A DNA stretch of 64,000 bases from an uncultured delta proteobacterium (GTDB taxonomy: Bacteria > Desulfobacterota > Zymogenia > Zymogenales > Zymogenaceae), in NCBI GenBank assembly GCA_963735595.1, contig CAVTLK010000001.1:768001-832000 (forward strand). Direction: 5' to 3'. A program made the translations under genes and the position numbers. The notes under the pieces were generated by a model, which made no database searches, had not been told where the DNA came from, and saw nothing but the letters and a program-made list of their open reading frames with translations. Positions 29,760-41,018 of the stretch are shown one piece after another (position 1 is the first letter of the stretch; every line of letters begins with the position of its first letter).

Positions 29760-30314
29760 TCAGGGACGAATAAAGACCGCGTACCGGCGGACCGGGACCG
29801 GGAAGTGGGAGATCACCAGAACCTCCTCCCAATCAGGCCTGAACCCGCGTCCGCGATAAAGACCCCTGATCTCCTCGTATATTTCGTGGGTATCGCTGGG
29901 CCCGTCGCAGTAATCTCCCGATTCGAGCAGGACCACTGAAGGCCCCGCGGCCGACGCGCCGAGAACCCGTTGATGGATCTCGGCGTCGTTAAAGCGGCGC
30001 GAGTTGATGCCCGTGTGGATAATCACGTCGTAGCGCGTCTCTACGGCAAATGCGTCACTCCTGGTGCATATCCACGTATGGTGCGGGTATTCGGCCAGAC
30101 AGGCGTTAATCGCCTCGCTGTTCAGGTCGATCCCGGTGTAGCGCGCGGGGGGAAAGCTCTCGTCGATGAAGCGGGCCAGGGGGGCCGTACCGCAGCCGAT
30201 GTCAAGGTACGTCATCCCTTCCTTCAGGTGCTGCCTGACGGACGAAAAGAGGACTTCGGCCCGCTGGCTGTGCGGGCGTGCAAGGTAATCGCAGGGGATT
30301 CTGGTAGGTTTCAT
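29760..30314 (-). CDS. Class I SAM-dependent methyltransferase
   Basis: YLDIGCGT and YTGID motifs. Confidence 0.8.
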   Translation of the reverse strand: MKPTRIPCDYLARPHSQRAEVLFSSVRQHLKEGMTYLDIGCGTAPLARFIDESFPPARYTGIDLNSEAINACLAEYPHHTWICTRSDAFAVETRYDVIIHTGINSRRFNDAEIHQRVLGASAAGPSVVLLESGDYCDGPSDTHEIYEEIRGLYRGRGFRPDWEEVLVISHFPVPVRRYAVFIRP

Positions 30315-30479
30315 ATAAACAGGGTTTTATGCCCCATTTCATACCGCATAGGGGCTTGAATATAGATCGTGACCTGGTGTATAGTACCACAACCCATGAC
30401 CGCAACGTAATCGAAAAAACGCGCCCCAAGCGCGGCCCGGGATGGGCATCCCGAGGCATCAGGCAAAGGAAACTGCGAT

Positions 30480-31331
30480 ATGAAACACAATCCCCAGCGC
30501 GCCCTCGTGATCACCTACAGCCAGACGGGCCAAACCGAGATATACGGGCGCTTGATCGCCGAGGTATGGAAGTCAACCGGTGTTTCCGCCGTTCATTCCG
30601 ACGTGCGCCGCTTCGACATGGCCGCACTCGCCTCCTTCGACCTGATTATGGTCGGCGTGCCGGTCTTCTATTGGGACGTCCCCTCTAACGTCGTCGATGC
30701 CCTATCGGCGGCGCCGAGGCTTGGCGGAATACCCGCGGCTTCCTTTGTCACCTACGGCGGTGACGGGGGCAACCAGCACAACACCGCCCGCCGCCTCCTC
30801 ATGCTCCTCTGGCGGCGGGGCGGCCTCCCGGTGGGGATGGAGACCTTTGGTGCCCTCTCCAGCTTCGCCCCGACCTGGTCAATGGGAAACGAACAACGCG
30901 TCCTGACATATCGGAACCGCCCCGACGAAGAAACCTACGATCGGGTCAGGAAATACGCCGCGACGGTCCTTAAGCGGGCACGGGGGGGGACGGCAGTCTC
31001 GTACAGAAAGGAATTTTTTGCCGCTGACCTTCTCAGGGGGCGGCCGAGCGTCGCACTCAATAAGCTGATGACGGGGCGGCACCGGATCAATGCAGACGAC
31101 TGCACCGGGTGCGGGCTCTGCGAAAGGAACTGTCCCGTCCGCGCGATAGACAGCGCCGCGTCGGTCATCGATACGAAGCGGTGTATCTCATGCCTCGGGT
31201 GCGTCAACAACTGCCCTGCCGGAGCCATCGACATGACGTACCTGGGCAAGAAGGTATACGGGTTTGCAGAGTTCAAGAAGCGGCACGGGATCAGCGTCTC
31301 GTTGCCGGCGGAGATGAAAAAGAAGCCCTGA
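30480..31331 (+). CDS. EFR1-type flavodoxin-ferredoxin fusion
   Basis: YSQTGQT flavodoxin loop plus two CxxCxxCxxxCP motifs. Confidence 0.88.
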   Translation: MKHNPQRALVITYSQTGQTEIYGRLIAEVWKSTGVSAVHSDVRRFDMAALASFDLIMVGVPVFYWDVPSNVVDALSAAPRLGGIPAASFVTYGGDGGNQHNTARRLLMLLWRRGGLPVGMETFGALSSFAPTWSMGNEQRVLTYRNRPDEETYDRVRKYAATVLKRARGGTAVSYRKEFFAADLLRGRPSVALNKLMTGRHRINADDCTGCGLCERNCPVRAIDSAASVIDTKRCISCLGCVNNCPAGAIDMTYLGKKVYGFAEFKKRHGISVSLPAEMKKKP

Positions 31332-31385
31332 CCTCTTGGGGTCTGACCGGCGTGTTATATCTCTCGCGTCGGGACGGTTTACCGA

Positions 31386-32327
31386 TTAGAAACCGTAGCT
31401 GCCCCACGCGGCCGAAAGCCGCGCCTCCCGCGCCTTCTGCGCCACCCCCAGGAGATATCGATCTCTCATCCAACGGTCCCGTGTCTCGGCGTCCGTCTTC
31501 TCCCAGAGCGGCTCGATGTCGACAATAAACCGTTCAAAGCAGTCCGTAAATCCGGCCAGCGCCAGGTGAGTCGCCGGCAGGAGAGGATCTCCGGCCGCCA
31601 GCGCCCCGGCGGCGGTTATCAGGGCCAGCAGTCTTTGACAGGTCTCTCTCGGCCACGAAAAGAGCAGCGCCACCCGCACCAGGTGACCCATGACCGCGCC
31701 GAGGACATGTACGTCCTCGATGGTGCGAAACGGCTTAATGTAATCGGCGTACCCGTCTCCGGGAAGGATATCGCACTCGTCAACCGGGGTCTCGACAAAC
31801 GACACGACCCCGTGGCTGATCTCCGGGACAAACGGAAGGTCAGGCATCGGGGTAACGGTCACCCCGGCGCGGTTTCGCTCCACCAGTGCCATCCTGATCC
31901 GGTTCTTTCCGTCGTCGTCGGTCCCGGCGGACGCCGCGACCATCAGGATTTCGGCCTCGAGCGCGGCGGTGATGAAGCTCTTTTCCCCCGTAAGGGTAAA
32001 GCCGCCCGAGGGGTCCTTTACGAGACGCGCCTTGATCGCCCGGGGATGGGCTCCCTCCTTTTCGGTTATACAGAGCGACACGATTGGGCCTTCGGGCAGA
32101 TCCGGCGCGAGCCGTCTGAGCGCCGCCTCGTAACCCGCCGCAAATGCGTACCCGACCCGGTCGGCCAGGAATCCCCCCGCAACGGCCCGGTCCATGGGGA
32201 GCGAAAACGGTCGGGTCTTTTCGTCCAGGAGCGTCTTGAACTCGGCCAGCGATGTGATCCGCTCCCGGGAGATGTTCCGGGCGTTATCCATGAGCCAGCC
32301 GATGACCTGTTGGGGATTTCGAGTCAT
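31386..32327 (-). CDS. Acyl-CoA dehydrogenase-like protein (short, divergent)
   Basis: LCITE, LTGEKSFIT, PEISH and KPFRTIED. Confidence 0.75.
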   Translation of the reverse strand: MTRNPQQVIGWLMDNARNISRERITSLAEFKTLLDEKTRPFSLPMDRAVAGGFLADRVGYAFAAGYEAALRRLAPDLPEGPIVSLCITEKEGAHPRAIKARLVKDPSGGFTLTGEKSFITAALEAEILMVAASAGTDDDGKNRIRMALVERNRAGVTVTPMPDLPFVPEISHGVVSFVETPVDECDILPGDGYADYIKPFRTIEDVHVLGAVMGHLVRVALLFSWPRETCQRLLALITAAGALAAGDPLLPATHLALAGFTDCFERFIVDIEPLWEKTDAETRDRWMRDRYLLGVAQKAREARLSAAWGSYGF

Positions 32328-32513
32328 ACCCTGCTATCTTCTCTCGTCACGCTACCCGCGGAAAGGCCCGGCAAAAGAAGGGTCCCTCCCGGCGGTAGCG
32401 CCCTACGGTCTATGCGCCCTGCGGGTCCCGTCGGCCCTATCAGCTTAATGGCCTCATGGCCTAATGGCGCGCCCGGTCGTCAAAGCGGCCCGGGCGCCGT
32501 GTCCCGGTCTTTC

Positions 32514-34753
32514 TCACCGGGAGCGTCGGGCCGTCGTGAACGGGTCGCTCCGCATCGAGAGGGATATACGCTTGCGCGCGATATCGACCTCGATAACGGT
32601 GACGCTGACCCTCTGATGCACCTTGACGACCTCGGCAGGGTCCTTTACGAAACGGTCGGCCAGCTGGCTGATGTGCACCAATCCGTCCTGATGCACCCCG
32701 ATATCGACAAAGGCACCGAACGCCGTGACGTTGGTGACGACCCCCGGCAGCTTCATCCCGGCGGCGAGGTCCTCCATCGTGTTGACGCCGTCGGCAAACG
32801 AGAAGGGCTCAAATTTCTCCCGCGGGTCGCGGCCGGGCCTGGCAAGCTCCGCCATGATATCCTTGAGCGTCGGCAGCCCCACGGTATCGGTGACGTATCG
32901 ATCAAGCGCGATCTTCGTCCGCAGGTCTTCGTTTCCCATGAGCTCCGAGACCGAGCAGCCGAGGTCCGCGGCCATCCGGTCGACTATCGAATAGCTCTCC
33001 GGATGGACCGCGCTGGCGTCCAGCGGATTGTTGCCGTTTCTGATCCGTAAAAAGCCCGCCGCCTGTTCGAAGGCCTTGGGGCCCAGGCCGGTCACCTGCC
33101 TGATATCGTCCCGGGACGAGAAGGGGCCGTTCGTGTTTCTGAAGTCAATGATGCGTTTGGCAAGGCTCGGCCCCAATCCCGAGACGTAGGTCAGCAGCTG
33201 CTTGCTGGCGGTGTTCAGATCGACCCCCACCCCGTTGACGCAGCTTTCCACCACGTCGTCGAGGCTTTTCTTGAGCGCCCCCTGATCCACGTCGTGCTGG
33301 TACTGGCCAACCCCGATCGACTTGGGATCGATCTTGACCAGTTCCGCCAGGGGATCCATGAGCCGCCGGCCAATCGAGACCGCGCCCCGAACCGTCACGT
33401 CATAGTCGGAGAACTCCTCGCGCGCGGCCTCGGAGGCGGAATAGATGGACGCGCCCGATTCGTTGACGATAAGCACCGAGACCTGCCGTGAAAAGGAAAG
33501 GCCCTTCACGAACGATTCTGTTTCGCGGCCGGCGGTGCCGTTGCCGATGGCGATCACCTCGATCGCCGAACTTCTCAACGAGACCCTCGACGATTGTTCG
33601 CGCTTCCTCGACCCGCTGGGCCGCCCGTATGGGGGTAGATCGCTTCGTAGTGAAGGAGCTTGCCCTGGGCGTCCAGGCACACCACCTTACAGCCGGTGCG
33701 GTAGCCGGGATCGATCGCCAGGACGCTCTTTTGGCCCAACGGAGACGCCAGCAGAAGCTCCCGCACGTTTGCGGCAAAGACCCTGATCGCCTCCCCGTCG
33801 GCCCGTTCCTTGAGTGCGTTTCTGGTCTCGGTCTCGATGGAGGGGGCAAGGAGCCGCCGGTAGCCGTCATCGACCGCCTCCCCGACCTCGCGCGCGGCCT
33901 GGGTCTTGTTCTTCACGAACAGGGCCGTTACGATCCCTATCCCCTCGGGCTCGGACGGCTCAATGGTAAGCTTGAGGAATTTCTCCTTTTCACCGCGCAG
34001 CATTGCGAGGATTCGGTGCGACGGGGCGGTCTTGACCGGCTCCGTCCACTCGAAGTAATCCTTATATTTGGCCCCCTCTTCCTCTTTGCCCTCGGCCGCA
34101 CGGGAGGTGATATCCCCCTTCTCGAGGAAGAGCTCGCGGACCCGGGCCCGCGCGTCCTGGTGCTCGCTTACCATCTCGGCGATGATGTCACGGGCGCCGG
34201 CCAGCGCCTCCTCGACCGAGGCCACCCCCTTCTCCTGGTCGATATACGCGGCCGCCTCGGCCGGGACGTCCAGCGGCGGATTATCGTCCTGGGCCAGGAT
34301 CGCCAGCGCCAGCGGCTCCAGGCCCTTTTCCTTGGCGACGGTGGCCCGGGTGCGCCGTTTGGGACGGAAGGGAAGATAGATGTCTTCCAGCACCGTCATG
34401 GTCTCGGCCGCCATGATCTTTTCGTTGAGTTCATCGGTCAAAAGCCCCCGTTCGATGAGGGAGGCAAGGATCGCGGCCTTTCGCTTGTCCAGCTCAAAGA
34501 GCTGTTCGAGACGATCCCGGATGGTGGTGACGGCGACCTCGTCCAGCGAACCGGTCGCCTCTTTCCGATACCGGGCGATAAACGGAACCGTGCCCCCCTC
34601 GGCAAGGAGGTCGGCCGTCGCCCGGACCTGGCCCGCCTTGAGGGTAAGCTCCCGGGAAACCAGCGCCATGTGTTTCTCGCGGAGCTGTTCATCCGTAACC
34701 ACAACGACGTCCATCGTCGGTTTTACCTGATCTTCCATTGATTCCTTTTCCAT
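32514..34753 (-). CDS. tex: Tex-family RNA-binding protein (frameshifts ~33620 and ~33565)
   Basis: TVPFIARYRKE, DPGYRTGCK, IGNGTA, IGVGQYQHD and a C-terminal S1 domain, over three frames. Confidence 0.93.
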
Positions 34754-34787
34754 CTGATTATTCCGATCCTCTGTCTTAGTTGCGCCC

Positions 34788-35406
34788 TTATTTTATCCCT
34801 GCCTTGTTATATCCGTCGGCCAGCGACGTATTGACGTGAACGACGCCCGCGTTGAGGTTCTTGAATGCATAGTCATCGGTGATTAGCCGGCAGCCTGTCG
34901 GCCGCCGACTGATCCGTGAGGACCGTCCCGCACGGGACATAGCGGCCGTCGGCCACCGTCACGCCCAGAAGCGTACACCCCGGCTCCACCACACACCCTT
35001 TGCCGACCCTCGATTTGAACACGAGGGACTGCATCCCGATAAAGGTGTCGTCACCCACGGAGGCCGGCCCGTGGATCTGGGCCTGGTGGGCCAACGATAC
35101 GCGCTTGCCGACGTAAACGGCGCATTTCTTGCCGTTATGCTCGACGAGGTTCTTTTCAATCGCGTGCCCCTGGTGCTGGGTCTCGAGGGCATGGATAATG
35201 ACGCCGTCCTGCACGTTGGCCTCGTCATCGACCACCAGCGGCCCGCCCTCGTCTCCGCGCACCGAGGCCGCCGGCGACACCATGACCCGCCTGCCGATTA
35301 CGGCGTTGCCGATAACGGCGGCCAGCGGGTGTACATAGGCTGTTGGATCGATTGTCGGTTCCAGGGCCTTGTCGGAAAAATCGGTAACCACGTTCTTGTG
35401 TATCAT
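34788..35406 (-). CDS. Gamma-class carbonic anhydrase (Cam-like; frameshift ~34888)
   Basis: RGDE, NVQDGVIIH and LAHQAQIHGP; the shifted frame supplies the Cam-like C-terminal helix ITDDYAFKNLNAGVVHVNTSLADGY. Confidence 0.88.
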
Positions 35407-35638
35407 TTCGATCTCCTCGGTTCCACGATCAGCACGGTAGTGAGATTGGAACCCTCGTCAGTCTCGCGAGGCCGCCGCGGCGCGCCGCGGCCGGCCGTCC
35501 GTCTCGGGGGGAAAACGGCCCACCCCACTCCCAACGTGAGGCCGGGTCAATCCGGCCGGTATTGTACCGGAGATGTATCGGCATGACAAGCACTTTGTCA
35601 TACGATCCGGTGCGGGAGAGTGACTTTTTTTCGGGTCT

Positions 35639-36490
35639 TTACCCGAAGCTGTCCATCACCCGCCTTACCGCCGCCGGGTCAAACGCCCTCTGTATCGGCG
35701 GGCCCTGAGACGATACGGGCTGGCGCTCGATAAAGGTCGGCGCCCTGTTCTTGTAGATCACGCCGATCGGGATCGTCTCGCCGAAGACGGCCGCCGTCTG
35801 TACCGCGGCCGTGAAATCGGTCGGGTCATAGCCGGGCTCCACCTCTTTGACACGTTCCTTATACCAACCGAAGGTATTGATCTTATTGAAGGAGACGCAG
35901 GGCTGGAGTACATCGACAAGGGCAAATCCCGGATAGGCTATCGCCTGCGCGAGCAGGTCACTCAGGTGATCGACCATCCCGGAAAAGCCCCGGGCGACGA
36001 AGTTGGCCCCCATCACCGTGGCCACGGCCGCGGGATTAAACGGCGCGGAAATGACCCCCATCGGCTGGGCCTTGGTGACGAAACCATCCATGCTCGTCGG
36101 GCTGGCCTGGCCCTTGGTGAGCCCGTAGACCTGGTTATTGTGGACGATGAGCGTCAGGTCAATGTTGCGCCGTACGGCCGCCAGGAAGTGGTTTCCCCCC
36201 TCACCGTATACGCATCCGTCTCCGCTCTCGGCTATGACGACCAGCTCGGGGTTGGCGATCTTGGCGCCCGTCGCCACGGGCAGCCCCCTTCCATGAAGGC
36301 CGTTGAAGACGTTGGCGTTCAGGTAGTGGGGGGCCTTTGCGGCCTGTCCGATGCCCGATACGAAGAGAACCCGGCGGGGAGAGAGGTTCATCGTGACGAG
36401 GGCCTTCTTGACCGCGTCCAGAATAGAGAAATTGCCGCACCCCGGGCACCAGGCGGTTTCATACGTCCCGAAATCATCTATAGTCACCAT
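35639..36490 (-). CDS. 2-oxoacid:ferredoxin oxidoreductase beta subunit
   Basis: WCPGCG, LHGR, GDG and YGLTKGQASPT. Confidence 0.93.
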   Translation of the reverse strand: MVTIDDFGTYETAWCPGCGNFSILDAVKKALVTMNLSPRRVLFVSGIGQAAKAPHYLNANVFNGLHGRGLPVATGAKIANPELVVIAESGDGCVYGEGGNHFLAAVRRNIDLTLIVHNNQVYGLTKGQASPTSMDGFVTKAQPMGVISAPFNPAAVATVMGANFVARGFSGMVDHLSDLLAQAIAYPGFALVDVLQPCVSFNKINTFGWYKERVKEVEPGYDPTDFTAAVQTAAVFGETIPIGVIYKNRAPTFIERQPVSSQGPPIQRAFDPAAVRRVMDSFG

Positions 36491-36503
36491 AGAACCTCTC
36501 CTC

Positions 36504-38186
36504 CTATTCGCCAATCCGCTCGGTAATAAAGGCCGCCGTTATAGGCAGGCCGTCGTATCGGAGGACTTGTTTCTGGATTATAAACCCGGTCTCCCGGGCG
36601 ATGATCCCCCCGAACTGCCCCGTGGCGTTGCTCTCGACAACCGCGACCTCTCCTGCCGCCCGCAGATACCCGATAAACTGGTCGGGCACCAGCGGCCAGA
36701 CCTGGGAGAAGGTAAGCGTCGCCGTCGCCTTTCCTCTGTCCCGGAGCCTGCGGGCGGCTTCGAGGACGGCCCCCTTGGTCGATCCCCATGATACGAGCAG
36801 CAGCTCCGGTTTCTCCGGGCCGGAATAGTCGGGAGGGGTGACCTCCCGCCTGATGCCGGCCGATTTTCTCAACCTTTTTTCCACCATGCGGGTCCTGACG
36901 TCCATTTCTTCGGTTATGTGCCCGTCTTCGGTATGTTCGTCGCTGTCGGCCACAACCAGGTGTTCCGATGTCCCCGGCAGCAGCCGGGGCGAGACCCCGC
37001 TCTCGGTGACCTCGTATCGCCGGTAGGGGACCGAGAGGGGGGCATCCGCGATACCCGACGGGGCTTCGCGAAGCGCCGCGTCGTCAAACGGCTCCACGGC
37101 CTGGTAGGAATCGGCCAGGTATTGATCCGTCAGGATGAAGACCGGCCCCTGAAAGCGCGCCGCTGTCTCGAAGGCCTTTCGGGTGAGGTGAAAACACTCC
37201 GGGATATCCCCGGGGGCAAAGACCGGCCGCGCAAATTCGCCGTGTCCGGCGTGTATCACGAAAGTCAGCTCTCCCTGTTCGGTGCGCGTTGGAAGCCCCG
37301 TGGCCGGGCCGGGCCGCTGGCCGATAACGACCACCACCGGGGTTTCGGTCATCCCCGCCAGCGATACGCCCTCCGTCATGAGGGCAAATCCGCCTCCGGA
37401 GGTAGGGACAATGGCCGGCGCCCCCGCGTACGAGGCGCCGATGGCCATGTTGATCGCGGCGATTTCGTCCTCGGCCTGTTCGACCGCGACTCCCGCCTTC
37501 GAGCCCCATTCAACCAGGTTGAGTGCGACGGAGGTTGACGGGGTCATGGGATAAAAGGAACAGAAACGCACGCCGGCGGCCAGCGCCCCGAGGGCGATGC
37601 CGTCGTTGCCGTTCATCATGAGGTATTGATCCGGCACGCCCGCATCGGGCAATCCGAGCGGCTTAACCGACTGCCGGGCCGCCCAGTCGGCGGAGGCCTT
37701 CAGCACCCGGAGGTTGGCCTCCAGGACGGCCGGTTCTTTCTTGCCGAAAACTTCGGCCAGTGCCCGGGCTATCGCCTCCTCTTTCAGGCCCAGGAGCACG
37801 CCAAGCACCCCCAGGGCCACGGTGTTCTCGTATCGTTTCTCACCCAGCTGCCGATAGGGAACGGCGAGAAACGAGTCGCCCGTTGTCCCGAAGGCCTCAT
37901 CGACAATGATGACGGTACGGGGATTCATCTGCGGCCGGTGGATGTCGACGCTGGCCTTATCCATGGCAACAAGGAGGTCGATCGTTTCGGCGGGCCCGTA
38001 CGCGTCGTCCGGGACGACGCGGACGGCAAAGCTGTTGTGCCCGCCGCGGATTCGTGACTGATAGTCCTGTGAAACGACGATGTGGTACCCGCTCCTGACC
38101 AGGATCTTTGACAGCAGCGTACCGATCGTCACCAGGCCCTGTCCCGCCTCCCCACCGATGACGATGGTTCGGTCATTGTCTTGCAT
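36504..38186 (-). CDS. 2-oxoacid:acceptor oxidoreductase alpha subunit (gamma-alpha fusion)
   Basis: GEAGQG, SRIRGG, YPMTP, EDEIAA and QRPGPATGLPT. Confidence 0.93.
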   Translation of the reverse strand: MQDNDRTIVIGGEAGQGLVTIGTLLSKILVRSGYHIVVSQDYQSRIRGGHNSFAVRVVPDDAYGPAETIDLLVAMDKASVDIHRPQMNPRTVIIVDEAFGTTGDSFLAVPYRQLGEKRYENTVALGVLGVLLGLKEEAIARALAEVFGKKEPAVLEANLRVLKASADWAARQSVKPLGLPDAGVPDQYLMMNGNDGIALGALAAGVRFCSFYPMTPSTSVALNLVEWGSKAGVAVEQAEDEIAAINMAIGASYAGAPAIVPTSGGGFALMTEGVSLAGMTETPVVVVIGQRPGPATGLPTRTEQGELTFVIHAGHGEFARPVFAPGDIPECFHLTRKAFETAARFQGPVFILTDQYLADSYQAVEPFDDAALREAPSGIADAPLSVPYRRYEVTESGVSPRLLPGTSEHLVVADSDEHTEDGHITEEMDVRTRMVEKRLRKSAGIRREVTPPDYSGPEKPELLLVSWGSTKGAVLEAARRLRDRGKATATLTFSQVWPLVPDQFIGYLRAAGEVAVVESNATGQFGGIIARETGFIIQKQVLRYDGLPITAAFITERIGE

Positions 38187-38406
38187 GGCTCTCTCCTCAG
38201 AAAGGAAAAACATCATGCCGGGCGCCCGACGGGGAACCCGCGGCCGAAAGGGGCCTATACCCTGCGCTTTACGAATTAGTCGATCGATTATTCGACATAT
38301 TTAGTTTATAGTACAAGTCCCCTTCCGTCAAGAGTCGGCAGCGATCGTTGCATTACAGTTCACGTACGGTGATACGGGAATCCGTATCCGGCAAATGCCT
38401 TTGTCC

Positions 38407-38435
38407 TTGACAGATATTGCCCGTATCTCTATAAT
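38407..38435 (+). promoter_or_regulatory. Perfect-consensus sigma70 promoter
   Basis: TTGACA-17 bp-TATAAT. Confidence 0.8.
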
Positions 38436-38612
38436 TCCTATAATTTGATCTGCCGCGTTCGATACGCACGTCTCAAAGAAGGGGGCTTCGCGGACCGGCT
38501 ATCTCACCGATTACTCGGAACGGATCATAACGTTAGGCCGTTTGAATCCGGGTACCGAAGACCGCGGGGACGTCTCCCGGTCCATTCGGCTTTTTCCCGA
38601 CAAGGTAGTGAC

Positions 38613-40268
38613 ATGAACAATCAGTATCGTCTTAAATCCTGGAGCGCCCGAGACCGGGCCGCTTATCTTAAAGAGCTGTCCGAAACCACCTACGACGTCC
38701 TGATCATCGGCGGGGGGATCACCGGCGCCGGGGTCCTCCGGGCCTGCGGGCTGGCCGGCATCCGTGCCGCCCTCATCGAGAAGGAGGACTTCGCCTTCGG
38801 GACCTCCTCCAAGAGCACCCGTCTGGCGCACGGCGGCGCCCGTTACATCGCCAACGGCGAGTTCGGCCTCGTCTGGGAGGAAACTCACGAGCGGGACTGG
38901 ATACGCGGCGCGCTGCCCAACCTGGCTCCGCCCGTTCCCATTATCCGCGCCAATTACAACACGATCGAGTCGGGCGTCATGCGCGCCTATTTTACCGTCT
39001 ATGACGCCCTGTCAGGCTTCGGCAATTACCGGAGAACCCATCACCTCTCCCTCTCACAGGTACTCAAACGGGAGCCAAACATTAAGTTCCCGAAGCTCCA
39101 TTCGGGAGAGCTCATGTACGAGTGCATCATCAACGACGCCCGGCTGACTCTCGAGATCGTCAAGGAGGGCATGCGCCTCGGCGGAGCTACCATGAACTAC
39201 CTGAAGGCCCTGAGGATCGTCTACCGGGGCGGCAGGGCCGCAGGGGTCGAGGCCGAGGACCGGTTGACCGGAAAAGTCGTAACCATCCCCGCCCGAAACG
39301 TCGTCAACGCCTCCGGTCCCTGGACCGACGAGCTGCTCCCCCCCGGAAAGCCGCACCTTATCCGACCGAGCAAGGGGGTCCATATAGTGCTGAAGCGGGA
39401 GTCCATCGGCAATCAGGCGGGACTCTTAGTACAGAGCCCGGTAGACAAAAGGAGCGCATTTGTCCTGGCCCACGGCGACTACACCTACCTCGGCACCACC
39501 GACACCGAATACTCGGGCGATCTGGACGAGTGCTACGCCGAGGCCAAGGAGTATGAGTATTTCAAGGGAATCGTTGATCACGCCTTCCCCGACGCGCATT
39601 TCAAACCGGGCGACCTCGTCGGCAGTTACGCGGGCAACCGCCCCCTCGTGAAAGAAGAGGGCGTCTCGGAGTCGAAGACGTCCCGGAAGGAATTCGTCGA
39701 TGAGCCGGCGCCGGGCCTCTTCGTTTTGACCGGCGGCAAGCTCACCATCTTTCGTACGATGGCCGATAAGCTCCTTGCCTATATGCAGGCGCACGGCGCC
39801 CCGAACGTTACGCCCGCCAAAAAGGGAGTATCCCGGACCCCGTTTCCCATCGGCATCAGCCGGGTGCGGTGGGACGCCGAGGCGCCGCGCACCGCACTTG
39901 ATGCAACAACGGTCGAGCATATCTTCCGCAACTACGGGAGGGGCGGGTTTGCCATCCTCGAATCGGTCGCGAAAGACTCCTCCCTCGGGCAGCGCATCAC
40001 GCCCGACCAGCCCTACATCCAGGCCGAGCTCGATTATTGCGTGGACTACGAGATGATCACCAGGGTCAAGGATTTTCTGCTGCGGCGCACCAATCTCTCC
40101 CTCCACCGGCGTGACGGCCACCGGGAGCTGGGAGAGGCGGTCGCGCGGCGCATGGCAAAACACCTCGGGTGGGACGCGGGCCGCATCAGGCAGGAGACCG
40201 ACGACTATGTCGATATCGCCCACAAGAACAGGTTCTTCCTGAAGGAACCGCTGAAGAAGGCGAAGTAA
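38613..40268 (+). CDS. glpD: FAD-dependent glycerol-3-phosphate dehydrogenase/oxidase
   Basis: IIGGGITG, GTSSKST..HGG.RY, DARL, SKGVH, GGKLT and LRRT. Confidence 0.9.
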   Translation: MNNQYRLKSWSARDRAAYLKELSETTYDVLIIGGGITGAGVLRACGLAGIRAALIEKEDFAFGTSSKSTRLAHGGARYIANGEFGLVWEETHERDWIRGALPNLAPPVPIIRANYNTIESGVMRAYFTVYDALSGFGNYRRTHHLSLSQVLKREPNIKFPKLHSGELMYECIINDARLTLEIVKEGMRLGGATMNYLKALRIVYRGGRAAGVEAEDRLTGKVVTIPARNVVNASGPWTDELLPPGKPHLIRPSKGVHIVLKRESIGNQAGLLVQSPVDKRSAFVLAHGDYTYLGTTDTEYSGDLDECYAEAKEYEYFKGIVDHAFPDAHFKPGDLVGSYAGNRPLVKEEGVSESKTSRKEFVDEPAPGLFVLTGGKLTIFRTMADKLLAYMQAHGAPNVTPAKKGVSRTPFPIGISRVRWDAEAPRTALDATTVEHIFRNYGRGGFAILESVAKDSSLGQRITPDQPYIQAELDYCVDYEMITRVKDFLLRRTNLSLHRRDGHRELGEAVARRMAKHLGWDAGRIRQETDDYVDIAHKNRFFLKEPLKKAK

Positions 40269-40531
40269 CGGTCGATCCCGGCGAGAGCCCGCCGATCATT
40301 CGGATGGTCTTTGGCATAGGAACTCTTCTCCTCTTTTTCCCTCTTCTTCGTGTCTTTGTGCCTCTGTGGTGAAATCCTGAAGGTGCGGGAAAGAGAGAAA
40401 ACCACAAAGACACAAAGGCACAAAGAAGGCGACGGGATTCCCGTCAATAAGAAACTACCCCAATAACCCCCGCACATTTGCCGTCGCCAGCACGTGCTCG
40501 GCGATGTCGCCGATCTTGCCGGCCTTGAGGT
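40265..40531 (-). repeat. Diverged inverted copy of 44868-45089 (ppcA 3' end, family-A repeat, racemase 5' end)
   Basis: Reverse complement encodes LKAGKIGDIAEHVLATANVRGLLG* and MPKTIRMIGGLSPGSTVT; contains a family-A hairpin at ~40346-40425. Confidence 0.92.
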
Positions 40532-40581
40532 TATTCGCATTAAAGTCCGGCCGGGGATCGAGTTACGGAGATGGAGGCAGT

Positions 40582-40956
40582 ATGAAGACGTGTATCGAGG
40601 CCGAGGGTCTTCCCAAAGCCGGGCCCTATTCCCACGCGGTCAGGGTTGGTGATTTGATCTTTGTCTCCGGCAACGTTGCCTTTGACCCGGAGACCGGAAA
40701 GGCCGTAAAGGGAGATATCCCCAGGGCCACCGGCGTCATCCTTTCAAATATAGGCCGTATCCTGGCGGCGGCCGGCTCCGATCTCTCGAAGGTCGTCAAG
40801 ACAACAGTCTTTCTGACCGATATGGGGACGTTCTCACAGATGAACGAGGTCTACGGGAAGGTCTTTGCGGCCGACCCCCCCGCTCGCAGCACGGTCGGTG
40901 TTAGGGAACTGCCGGGCGGATACGACATCGAGATCGAGGTAATCGCGGGGGTATAG
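40582..40956 (+). CDS. ridA: RidA/YjgF-family enamine deaminase
   Basis: GPYSHAV, FVSG, PARS and IEIE. Confidence 0.9.
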   Translation: MKTCIEAEGLPKAGPYSHAVRVGDLIFVSGNVAFDPETGKAVKGDIPRATGVILSNIGRILAAAGSDLSKVVKTTVFLTDMGTFSQMNEVYGKVFAADPPARSTVGVRELPGGYDIEIEVIAGV

Positions 40957-41018
40957 CCCCCCGCGCTGTCCAACCCGCCGCGCCTCACGCGGGGCCGCCT
41001 GCTTCCTGCGCGGGCCCC

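Noticed and set aside
32446..32469. Short 8-mer tandem repeats (T(A/C)ATGGCC x3; also AACTCGTG x2 near 42970)
   Set aside because: Too short, and not seen elsewhere in the window.
40455..40531. DGR template/variable repeat pair with the ppcA 3' end
   Set aside because: Differences (C/T, A/G, G/A, C/T, T/A) are not adenine-specific, and no reverse transcriptase is present.
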